DNA of 64,000 nucleotides from Spirochaetales bacterium (GTDB lineage Bacteria; Spirochaetota; Spirochaetia; JABEVK01): NCBI GenBank assembly GCA_947478845.1, contig CANJXC010000007.1, positions 49,939 to 113,938 of the forward strand, read 5' to 3'. Shown piece by piece: positions 56,949 to 64,000 of this stretch (position 1 is its first letter; each line of letters starts with the position of its first letter). The notes under the pieces were generated by a model. It saw only the letters and a program-made list of their open reading frames with translations, ran no database searches and was not told where the DNA came from. The position numbers and the translations under genes were made by a program.

Positions 56949-59900
56949 AAGCAGCCCAACCCCACGGCTCGTTTGTCGATTTGGAAGCAGAGCGGTGGTA
57001 TAGAATTGAAAACGCTGAGGCCATGGAGCCCTTCTTCATCACCCTTACCAGCGATTCGGACTTGTGGGCCTTTGTATCCACCAACGGCTCGCTGGCAGCA
57101 GGAAGACGAGACCAAGAGCAGTCGTTTTTTCCCTATGAAACCGTCGATAAAATCCATACCCGTTGGGAGCACACTGGGCCCCGCACTTGGCTTCGGTTTC
57201 ACGCAGAAGGCAAGTTGGTTCTTTGGGAACCCTTTGCCAACCGGCCAGGTCACCAAACTGGTCAGCGGGTGCTCTATAAGAATGTCACGGGTACCAAAAT
57301 TATTGTGGAAGACCAGCATCCCGACGGCAATTTGGCGATTCGCCAGCAATGGTCGTCTTCCGGCAACTTCGGGCTGGTGCGCAAGGTCACCCTCTGGTGC
57401 CGTCAGGCTCCCGTGGAAGTGGAGGTCCTCGACGGCCTTCTCAACCTGATTCCCGTGGGAGAGACCAACTCCACCTTCGCCTTTTCTTCGGCTTTGGCAG
57501 ACGCCTACAAATGGAACGAAACCCACGCCCAGGGCCGCTTGGGTGTGTACACGATGTACGCCAAACTGTGGGACCGCGCAGAGCCAAAAGAGTCTTTGGA
57601 GGCTCTTGTTGCTTGGCATTCGGGTCTCAGCGAGGCGAAGACCCTTCTATCGGCCAAACAGGTGAGAGATTTTTGCGAGGGTCGGCCTGTGGTGGCTGAA
57701 AACCTCACACGGGGACGCACCAGTGCTTTTCTGGTTCAGTTCAGCGCTCAGACGAGCAAAACGCCCTTGAGTTGGTACCAAGTAGTCGACGCTCCGCTGT
57801 CGCAGGCTCGCACCGCCGATTTGGCCTCCAAGCTCGACAGAGGTTGGTGTACGCCGCAACAGCTGGAGCAGTCCCTAACGCAGAACACCAAGGGGCTGGA
57901 GGAACTGTTGGCTCAGGCCGATGGCTTTCAAACTTCGGGCAACCCCATGGCGGCTGTGCACCACACGGCCAATGTGCTTTTCAACATCATGCGCGGCGGC
58001 GTGTTCCCCAAGGGTACCCAGTGGGACGGGTATGCCCTCAAAGCCTTTGTGACTTCCCGCAACAACCAGCTGACGCAGGCTCTTGAGCAACTTTTGACCA
58101 AGCTTCCAAAAAGGTTGGAACGCGATGAGGTGCTCCAAGCCGCACGGAACTCTGGGAACCTTCAGTTGGAGCGACTGGTGCGCGAGTACTTGCCCCTGAC
58201 CTTCAGCCGCCGACACGGCGACCCCAGCCGGCCGTGGAACCGCTTCAACATCCGCGTGCGCGATAACCAAGGCGCCCGCGTACTCAACCACCAAGGCAAC
58301 TGGCGTGATATCTTCCAAAACTGGGAAGCCTTGCTCTGGAGTGAGCCAGCGTATGCAGGAAGCCTGATCAGTACCTTCCTGAGCGCCATGACCAACGACG
58401 GTTATAATCCGTACCGAATCGGCCGCGACGGTATCGATTGGGAAACTGTAGAGGAAGACGACGCGTGGAGTTTTATCGGCTATTGGGGCGACCATCAGGT
58501 GGTGTACCTTCTCAAGCTGTTGGAGGCCGCTGAAGCGTTTCAACCAGGACTTCTGTTCGACTTATGGTCGAGGCCCGTGTTTTCCTTCGCCGATGTGCCT
58601 TACCGCCTGCGCACCTATGCCGCCATGGTAAAAGATCCTAAAGTCACCATCGATTTTGACCACAACGAGCACAAAGTGGTAATGAAACGGGCCGCAGCAC
58701 TCGGGGGCGACGGCAAACTGCTTCCTGGCCCTGACGGTCAACCTTTGCTGGCCACGCTGGCCGAGAAGCTGCTCACCATCGTGCTCAGCAAGGGCGGAAA
58801 CCTGGTGCCCGGGGGAGGCATCTGGCTCAACACCCAGCGCCCCGAGTGGAACGACGCCAACAACGCCTTGGTGGGCAATGGGCTCTCCATTGTGACTACG
58901 GCTTCGTTCCGGCGGTTCTTACATTTTCTCCAAGGGATGGAGTGCCTGAACGAGGCTCTCGACCTTCCTTCAGCCACCGCAGAGGCTCTCCGTGAGCTCG
59001 AGGTTTTGGCTTCGAAAACGGCTGCTGAGGCGTGCACCAATGCGGGGCTTCGGCGACGCTGGCTGGATGAAGCCGGCGGTATACTGGAACGTTGGCGCAA
59101 CGCACTGTATCGGCGCGGTGAGACCCTTCCGCGGGTAACGATACCAGAGGGTCTTTTCCGCTCACTGGTGAGCCACTTGCTGCCGCTCATTGATGGCACC
59201 CTAAAAGCCAGCCAACGAGCGGATGGCCTTTACCACAGTTATAACCTGCTTACCCTCACCCCCCAGGCGGCTGAGGTTGGCCATCTCTACCCGATGTTGG
59301 AAGGTCAGGTATCGGTGCTTTCCTCCGGGCTGCTCGGGCCGGCACAGGCGCTCGCCTTGGGCAAGGCCCTAAGCGCCAGTGATTTGTTTGAACCCCGGCG
59401 CCGCAGCTACCTTCTTTACCCAGACCGACCGCTCCCGGGCTTTCTTGAAAAAAACCGGCTGGACGCAGCCACTCTTGCTTTGGCTCCGGTCAAAAAGCTG
59501 ATCGCGGAGGGCCGGTCGGAAATCTTCGAGACACAGGACGACGGGACGGTTCGCTTCGCCTCTAGCCTTTCGAACCGCTACGATGTGGAGGCCGCGCTTG
59601 CCGACTTAGGACCCGACGCTCAGTTGGTGGGAGCAGCCTACGAAAAACTCCTTGGTCACAAGGCTTTCACAGGCCGATCGGGCACGATGTTTGGCTACGA
59701 GGGGTTGGGATGCATCTATTGGCACATGGTGGCCAAGTTGCTTTTGGCTCTTCAGGAAGCCGTTTTTGCTGCTGCCGACCAGAACTCGAGTCAACTCGAA
59801 GAGCTTAAACAGCTTTATCGAGAGGTTCGTGCCGGCTTGGGGTACCACAAGACGCCTTCGGAATACGGGGCTTTTCCATTTGACCCGTATTCGCATACCC

Positions 59901-60199
59901 CTGGAGAGGGCGGTGCCCAGCAACCCGGTATGACCGGGCAGGTGAAAGAAGAGATTCTCACCCGCTGGGGCGAGCTCGGACTTCGCTGGAAAGCCGGCAA
60001 GCTGCATTTCCACCCGGTTTTGCTCGATTTGGAGGAAGTGCCTGCCGAGGGTGCCCTGGAGTTCACCTACCAACGGGTTCCATTTTCGTACCGGCGCGGC
60101 GTTAGGTCTAGTTTACGGGTGAAGCGGGCAACCGGTTGGAGCGACTGCCACGGCGAGCTTGACCTTAAGGGTGCTCTGGCGGTAGAGGCCCTGTTGTGA
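56945..60199 (+). CDS. Large cytoplasmic glycoside phosphorylase/hydrolase-like enzyme, putatively a GH94-superfamily (GH149/GH161-like) beta-1,3-glucan phosphorylase
   Basis: 1084 aa with no signal peptide. The ATG overlaps the permease stop (ATGA), so translation is coupled. It contains a GIWLNTQRPEWNDANNALVG segment reminiscent of the catalytic-Asp (xWND) region of GH94-type phosphorylases. Context is GH16 laminarinases plus a sugar ABC importer. The family call is inference. Confidence 0.45.
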   Translation: MKAAQPHGSFVDLEAERWYRIENAEAMEPFFITLTSDSDLWAFVSTNGSLAAGRRDQEQSFFPYETVDKIHTRWEHTGPRTWLRFHAEGKLVLWEPFANRPGHQTGQRVLYKNVTGTKIIVEDQHPDGNLAIRQQWSSSGNFGLVRKVTLWCRQAPVEVEVLDGLLNLIPVGETNSTFAFSSALADAYKWNETHAQGRLGVYTMYAKLWDRAEPKESLEALVAWHSGLSEAKTLLSAKQVRDFCEGRPVVAENLTRGRTSAFLVQFSAQTSKTPLSWYQVVDAPLSQARTADLASKLDRGWCTPQQLEQSLTQNTKGLEELLAQADGFQTSGNPMAAVHHTANVLFNIMRGGVFPKGTQWDGYALKAFVTSRNNQLTQALEQLLTKLPKRLERDEVLQAARNSGNLQLERLVREYLPLTFSRRHGDPSRPWNRFNIRVRDNQGARVLNHQGNWRDIFQNWEALLWSEPAYAGSLISTFLSAMTNDGYNPYRIGRDGIDWETVEEDDAWSFIGYWGDHQVVYLLKLLEAAEAFQPGLLFDLWSRPVFSFADVPYRLRTYAAMVKDPKVTIDFDHNEHKVVMKRAAALGGDGKLLPGPDGQPLLATLAEKLLTIVLSKGGNLVPGGGIWLNTQRPEWNDANNALVGNGLSIVTTASFRRFLHFLQGMECLNEALDLPSATAEALRELEVLASKTAAEACTNAGLRRRWLDEAGGILERWRNALYRRGETLPRVTIPEGLFRSLVSHLLPLIDGTLKASQRADGLYHSYNLLTLTPQAAEVGHLYPMLEGQVSVLSSGLLGPAQALALGKALSASDLFEPRRRSYLLYPDRPLPGFLEKNRLDAATLALAPVKKLIAEGRSEIFETQDDGTVRFASSLSNRYDVEAALADLGPDAQLVGAAYEKLLGHKAFTGRSGTMFGYEGLGCIYWHMVAKLLLALQEAVFAAADQNSSQLEELKQLYREVRAGLGYHKTPSEYGAFPFDPYSHTPGEGGAQQPGMTGQVKEEILTRWGELGLRWKAGKLHFHPVLLDLEEVPAEGALEFTYQRVPFSYRRGVRSSLRVKRATGWSDCHGELDLKGALAVEALL

Positions 60200-60303
60200 A
60201 GGGGGCGTCTGCGCTGGTTCGAATCCTGCGGTTCAAAATCAAAGACCGCATGGCAAACCTCGCGCCACCGACCGACCTGTAGAGGTTTGGCAACGAGGCC
60301 CCT

Positions 60304-61446
60304 CTACTGGTACACCCTCACCCAATCGACAAACAGGCTCTGCGGGAAGCTCGACGTACCATCAAAACCGTTGTCGAAACTCCCTCCCACCGCAACGTTT
60401 AGCAAAACGTAGAAGTTCTTGCGGAACTCGCTGTACATCGCATTGCTCATGTCGAGGCTGAAGTACTGGTTTCCGTCGAGCCGCCACACCATCGAATTGG
60501 CCTTCCATTCCACTTCGTACACATGGAAGTCGTTGGAAAGCGGGTTGGTCAGGCTGATAGTTCCCGTGTGGTATTCCCACGCGTTTGAGGCATTAGCAAA
60601 ATGGTAGGTACCGAGGTTCTCGCGTTCCTTCGCCGGAGTTCCGCCACGCTTTTCCATGATGTCGATTTCGCCACACTGGGGCCAGGAGACGGTTCCCCCA
60701 GCGTTCTCGCTGATGTTGGAACCTAGCATCCAGAACGCCGGCCACAGGCCCTGGCCAAACGGAACTTGAAGCCGTGCGGCGATTTTTCCATAAAGCCAGT
60801 CACCTTTGCCATGTGTGATCAGCCGCGCCGAAGTGAAGTCTCCCCTAGAGTTTCCCGAGCCGGTACGGAGGGCCTGAATCACCAACGCGCCATCGTTGCC
60901 ACTGCGGTTGATAATGAAGGCATTCTCCTGTGAGGCAGTATAGCTCTGCAATTCGTTGTTAAAGTGACCTGCCTCAAGCACTTGTGACGTCCACTTGGTA
61001 GCATCGAGGGTGGGCGAGGCGAACTCGTCGGCCCACTGGAGGGTCCAGCCGACCCCTGGGGAGTAGGTGTCAGTTGTGGTAGACGGCTTGCGCTCGAGGC
61101 TGAGGGTGGACGTGGTGGTCAGGTTGCGCCCGCTCACCGTCGCGGAGTCTTGCAGGGGTGTGTAGCCCACTTTCGCGACGCTGAAGGAGCTCACTCCGCT
61201 GTAAACTTGAAATGCGGCCTTGCCATCGCTGCCAGTGGTAAGGGTGGAGTTTCCCAGTGTGACCGTTGCTTTTGCCAGAGGTGAAGCAAGGGCACCAGAA
61301 CCTTGCACAACACAGATGGTGAGAGTGTGGGGCAAAGTATCGTTGGCCGTTGCTGTGGGGATTCCCGAAAGGTTGAATAGGCTGCATCCGGAAACCCACG
61401 ACAGCACCACGGCAGCAAAGAGTGCTCGAATCGCTTGTTTGGTCAC
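60304..61446 (-). CDS. GH16 beta-glucanase lipoprotein with an N-terminal Ig-like/carboxypeptidase-regulatory-like domain
   Basis: Lipobox VSGC. GH16 motif CGEIDIMEKRGG. WPAFWMLG. 380 aa. Confidence 0.8.
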   Translation of the reverse strand: MTKQAIRALFAAVVLSWVSGCSLFNLSGIPTATANDTLPHTLTICVVQGSGALASPLAKATVTLGNSTLTTGSDGKAAFQVYSGVSSFSVAKVGYTPLQDSATVSGRNLTTTSTLSLERKPSTTTDTYSPGVGWTLQWADEFASPTLDATKWTSQVLEAGHFNNELQSYTASQENAFIINRSGNDGALVIQALRTGSGNSRGDFTSARLITHGKGDWLYGKIAARLQVPFGQGLWPAFWMLGSNISENAGGTVSWPQCGEIDIMEKRGGTPAKERENLGTYHFANASNAWEYHTGTISLTNPLSNDFHVYEVEWKANSMVWRLDGNQYFSLDMSNAMYSEFRKNFYVLLNVAVGGSFDNGFDGTSSFPQSLFVDWVRVYQ

Positions 61447-61471
61447 ATTTGCTCCTAGTCAAGGTTTAAAG

Positions 61472-61501
61472 CCGGTAGCCCGTGTCGCCCCGGGCTACCG
61501 G
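61472..61501 (-). terminator. GC-rich 11-bp hairpin between the Big_2 gene and the GH16 gene (terminator, attenuator or processing site)
   Basis: CCGGTAGCCCG-n8-CGGGCTACCGG perfect inverted repeat, followed on the minus strand by UUUAAACCUUG and then the GGAG RBS of the GH16 gene. Confidence 0.4.
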
Positions 61502-61523
61502 TGAGATAGGTTGGCTCCAAAAG

Positions 61524-62891
61524 TCAGTTCTTCGAGAAATACACTTTGTCAAGTTGTGCGCTAAAGTTAGCCGAGCCTCCGCTGGCCATGATTTGGAAGG
61601 GAACGTTTACCACAGCAAGGTTGAGCCCTGTGAATCTGCTCAAGGGAATCACCACTTCGTGGTAGGCCCCGTCGGCAACGACGGAAAGGCTGTAGAGATT
61701 CACAGGGGATTCCAAGCCGACCATTTTCAGGGATACCTTTACCCGAAAGTTCGGGTCGGTGCTGTTGGTCTTGAGGCTGAAGCGAAGGTTGCTGTACCGA
61801 GTGAGGTCGTTTTCAGCAGAGACAAACGAGAAGCCTTGCCCGTCGCCGGACAAATTAAGCGTAAAACTGTTGTTTCCCTCCACCGCATCGGCGGCAACGG
61901 CGTGGGCTGTCAGGCTGCCACCCGCAAAGGGCGAAGGATTTGTCAGGCCGTTCACGACTGCCGAAGTTCCGCTCAGGGCACTGGGAACATCGACATAGAG
62001 GTAGAGGTTGTCGGCGACGACTATGGCGTTCTTGAACGTGGCTATCGCCGTTTCTAGAGTCGTTCTCGCCGAATTGTATTGAGCGGCAGTTGCGGCGGAA
62101 TCGGTACTCGCCGCGGTTGCCACCGCGATCGCGTTCGCAAACGGGGTCATGGCCGCAGGGTCGACTTGTCCCACACTGCTACCACCGCTTGTAGAGTTTT
62201 TCAGCGTATTGGCGGCCGCAAGGGCCACGAGAAGGCTGGTCTTGCTGGCACCCAGCGGGGTGACTTTTGCCTCTGTAAAGGTGGCTGTCGCCGTGCCCAA
62301 AGCCGTGATCGCCGAGTCAACCTGGTTATAGGTTGCCGACGGGTTACCGTGCACAATTTGTGCCGCGCCAATAGCGTCTGAGTAGGAGGAACTCACCGAC
62401 AAAGGAACCATGCCCACACTGGTGCCCACGCCCGTGGCCTGCAGCAGGATGACGTCGGCCGTGAGGGCGAGCTTCAATTCGAGTTTCTTGGCGTCCACGG
62501 TGACAAAAGTCATCGTAGAACTGCCAAATCGGGTTTTGTCGGATGCCGAAGTCGCCGTAATGGTGGCAAGGCCGCCCGCCAACGCCGTGACTAGTCCCGT
62601 CTCGCTCACGAGCGCAACGCTTGGTGAACTGGTCGCCCAGGTTAACTTCTTGGCACTGGAAGCTGAAGGATCTATCACCGCAGTCAACTGCAAGGTGTTC
62701 CCAACCCCTACCGTCGCTGTGATGGGCGACACCGTAATGTTGGTTATGGTCGTTCCCGCGAAAGGCTGGGTAGCAGAATCACAGCCACCGAGCACCGCAA
62801 GACAACAGACCGAGGCGCCAAGGGTTGTAAACCAGGCGTGTTTCTGGAAAACACCTGGGCGACCGCGGTTTGGGTTCAATTCTTCGTCCAA
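61524..62891 (-). CDS. Surface lipoprotein with a Big_2 (bacterial Ig-like) domain and a C-terminal putative carbohydrate-binding domain
   Basis: Lipobox LGGC. Big_2-like segment (ITVSPITATVGVGNTLQLTAVIDPSASSAKKLTWATSSPSVALVSETGLVTALAGGLATITA). The C-terminal ~120 aa are shared with the next protein and end in YFSKN. Confidence 0.6.
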   Translation of the reverse strand: MDEELNPNRGRPGVFQKHAWFTTLGASVCCLAVLGGCDSATQPFAGTTITNITVSPITATVGVGNTLQLTAVIDPSASSAKKLTWATSSPSVALVSETGLVTALAGGLATITATSASDKTRFGSSTMTFVTVDAKKLELKLALTADVILLQATGVGTSVGMVPLSVSSSYSDAIGAAQIVHGNPSATYNQVDSAITALGTATATFTEAKVTPLGASKTSLLVALAAANTLKNSTSGGSSVGQVDPAAMTPFANAIAVATAASTDSAATAAQYNSARTTLETAIATFKNAIVVADNLYLYVDVPSALSGTSAVVNGLTNPSPFAGGSLTAHAVAADAVEGNNSFTLNLSGDGQGFSFVSAENDLTRYSNLRFSLKTNSTDPNFRVKVSLKMVGLESPVNLYSLSVVADGAYHEVVIPLSRFTGLNLAVVNVPFQIMASGGSANFSAQLDKVYFSKN

Positions 62892-64000
62892 TAAATGTTG
62901 TCGAGGTCAATTTCGGGGATAGTTCCAGAGTTTGTGGAGGACGTGTTGCCGGTGCCTCCCGAAGCCACCGTGCCAAACACGTCGTTGATAACAAAGGGCT
63001 GGGTGACCATGCTCAAATTGAGTTTCGCCGAGCTCGGTTGCGCGTAGGCTGGCTTAGCTTTCGCAGCAATGGTTGCAATGGGTATGCTGACGTCGTGCCA
63101 AGCCCCATCGCGTGAATACCCGTAGGAGTTCGAGCTCGGATCAACAACCAGGTACACGTCCATTGCGTTGTTCTCCACCGGCGATCCGGTCTGGAAGCCA
63201 AACTTCAGGCTGCCTTGGTAAGTGGTCTTGATGGAAAAGTGCAGGTGTCCATTAGCGAACGCTGAGAGGTCTTCCGCGAACGTGTTAGACCCTGCAGAAT
63301 TAACCAGCGTCAGAAAGTAACCCCAACCCCACGAAGCGGGGGCGGGCTGTACCTGTCGATATTTCGTGCTCGAGGCAGCGCCTCCACCGGTGGTAATTTC
63401 GGTGCCAGTCGCCGTCGCTGGGCTGTTCCAGGCATACCAATTGGTGGCCGACACCGGCACTGAAATTGAGCCCGCTACCGCCGTCAAGGCATCGGCGTAA
63501 ACTAAGTACTCATTGTTGGCTGGAGGAGAGTTGACGGTGAGCGTCGTGTAGCAAAGCGCCGAAGCATCGGTGTAGGTCAGACTGGCGGTGACACTTTCGT
63601 TGGCGGGGAGGGTAATCGATTGTCCTCCTAGAGTCACGGTGTTGGCCGTGGCAAACGTGGAATATAGGCTGTAGCGCGCGCTGCGGCTCACGTCAAACAG
63701 GCCCCACCCGTCGTCACCGCCCTTCCACGGTTCGTCGAACGCCTCGAAATAGACAATGCTTTTCGGACCGGTTGTCCAACTTTCAAGGCGGTCAAGGTAC
63801 ATTTTCTGGTTTACCGGGTGCGCCATGTTGTACTCTTCGCTGTTGCTGGAGTTGGTGGCGACGGCTTTCCAGCCGGTTTCTCCAATCGCGATGGGAAGTG
63901 ACGAATATCCTTGGGCAGTGGCGTAGTCTGCGACCGCTTTGTAGGTGGCTTTGAGGTCGACAATGGCTGCATCCATCATGGCTGCCGGCCGCGCCGAAGC
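62876..64000 (-). CDS. Clan GH-A glycosidase (GH17-like beta-1,3-glucanase candidate) with a C-terminal domain homologous to the preceding protein; 5' partial at the window edge
   Basis: IAIGETGW resembles the GH17/GH-A nucleophile motif (xxExGWPS). Only about 33 aa precede it, so the ORF must continue beyond position 64000; the frame is open to the window end. The C-terminus ends in YWTKN. Confidence 0.45.
   Translation of the reverse strand, partial: ASARPAAMMDAAIVDLKATYKAVADYATAQGYSSLPIAIGETGWKAVATNSSNSEEYNMAHPVNQKMYLDRLESWTTGPKSIVYFEAFDEPWKGGDDGWGLFDVSRSARYSLYSTFATANTVTLGGQSITLPANESVTASLTYTDASALCYTTLTVNSPPANNEYLVYADALTAVAGSISVPVSATNWYAWNSPATATGTEITTGGGAASSTKYRQVQPAPASWGWGYFLTLVNSAGSNTFAEDLSAFANGHLHFSIKTTYQGSLKFGFQTGSPVENNAMDVYLVVDPSSNSYGYSRDGAWHDVSIPIATIAAKAKPAYAQPSSAKLNLSMVTQPFVINDVFGTVASGGTGNTSSTNSGTIPEIDLDNIYWTKN

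Noticed and set aside
60205-60235. tRNA T-arm-like motif (GCGCTGGTTCGAATCCTGCGG) just after the large enzyme gene; considered as a tRNA gene or tRNA-derived attachment-site remnant
   Set aside because: A full tRNA would have to start about 50 nt upstream, inside the CDS. The T-stem has a mismatch and no acceptor or anticodon arms can be drawn. No second copy of the motif is visible in the window, and there is no integrase or other mobile-element signature.
1-64000. Searched by eye for CRISPR repeats, long direct or inverted repeats, transposase or integrase genes, and toxin-antitoxin or other defence-type gene pairs
   Set aside because: None were found. All intergenic gaps longer than 80 nt are explained by promoters, operators or terminators, and every ORF of 150 aa or more has a plausible metabolic or housekeeping assignment.

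Overview
This 64 kb window is a gene-dense chromosomal segment of about 57% GC (by eye) from a diderm bacterium. About 60 protein genes are packed nearly end to end, and many are translationally coupled. I found no transposase or integrase genes, no CRISPR array, no rRNA or tRNA genes, and no recognisable defence-system genes.

The organism is probably an anaerobe or microaerophile, judging from two Rex regulators, a rubredoxin and a TRAP transporter. The lineage is uncertain; a spirochaete-like or similar environmental diderm is possible but unproven.

The main content:
- **Rare-ketose utilisation locus (3.8-12.6 kb).** A D-psicose/D-tagatose 3-epimerase-family gene, an AraR-like regulator, a ribose/allose-type ABC transporter, a 6-phospho-3-hexuloisomerase (SIS) homologue and an FGGY kinase. 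This may be an undescribed pathway variant.
- **Housekeeping genes.** These include a DbpA RNA helicase, ribA, a TRAP transporter, a PAP2/hydrolase/GT4 module, a ROK-kinase/ppx/ppk1 operon, TrmH, CrcB and an RRM RNA-binding protein with hairpin-rich UTRs. Also serA/serC (with a near-perfect Rex operator upstream), radA, two ABC-F proteins, aroC/aroK, an orphan PAS histidine kinase and fumC.
- **Notable single genes.** An omptin-family outer-membrane protease with a conserved catalytic Asp/His set, an M90 (MtfA) peptidase overlapping a degenerate Rex paralogue, an M60-like secreted metallopeptidase, a canonical autoregulated Rex, and a rubredoxin that the ORF track misses.
- **Beta-1,3-glucan (laminarin-type) utilisation locus (51.7-64 kb).** A ROK regulator, two lipoprotein GH16 laminarinases and a sugar ABC transporter whose last permease is translationally coupled to a 1084-aa cytoplasmic enzyme. 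I interpret that enzyme as a GH94-superfamily (GH149/GH161-like) beta-glucan phosphorylase. The locus also has a Big_2 surface protein and a clan GH-A glycosidase that share a C-terminal domain.

Several intrinsic terminators and operator-like palindromes are placed below. All family assignments rest on motif recognition by eye; no database searches were run.
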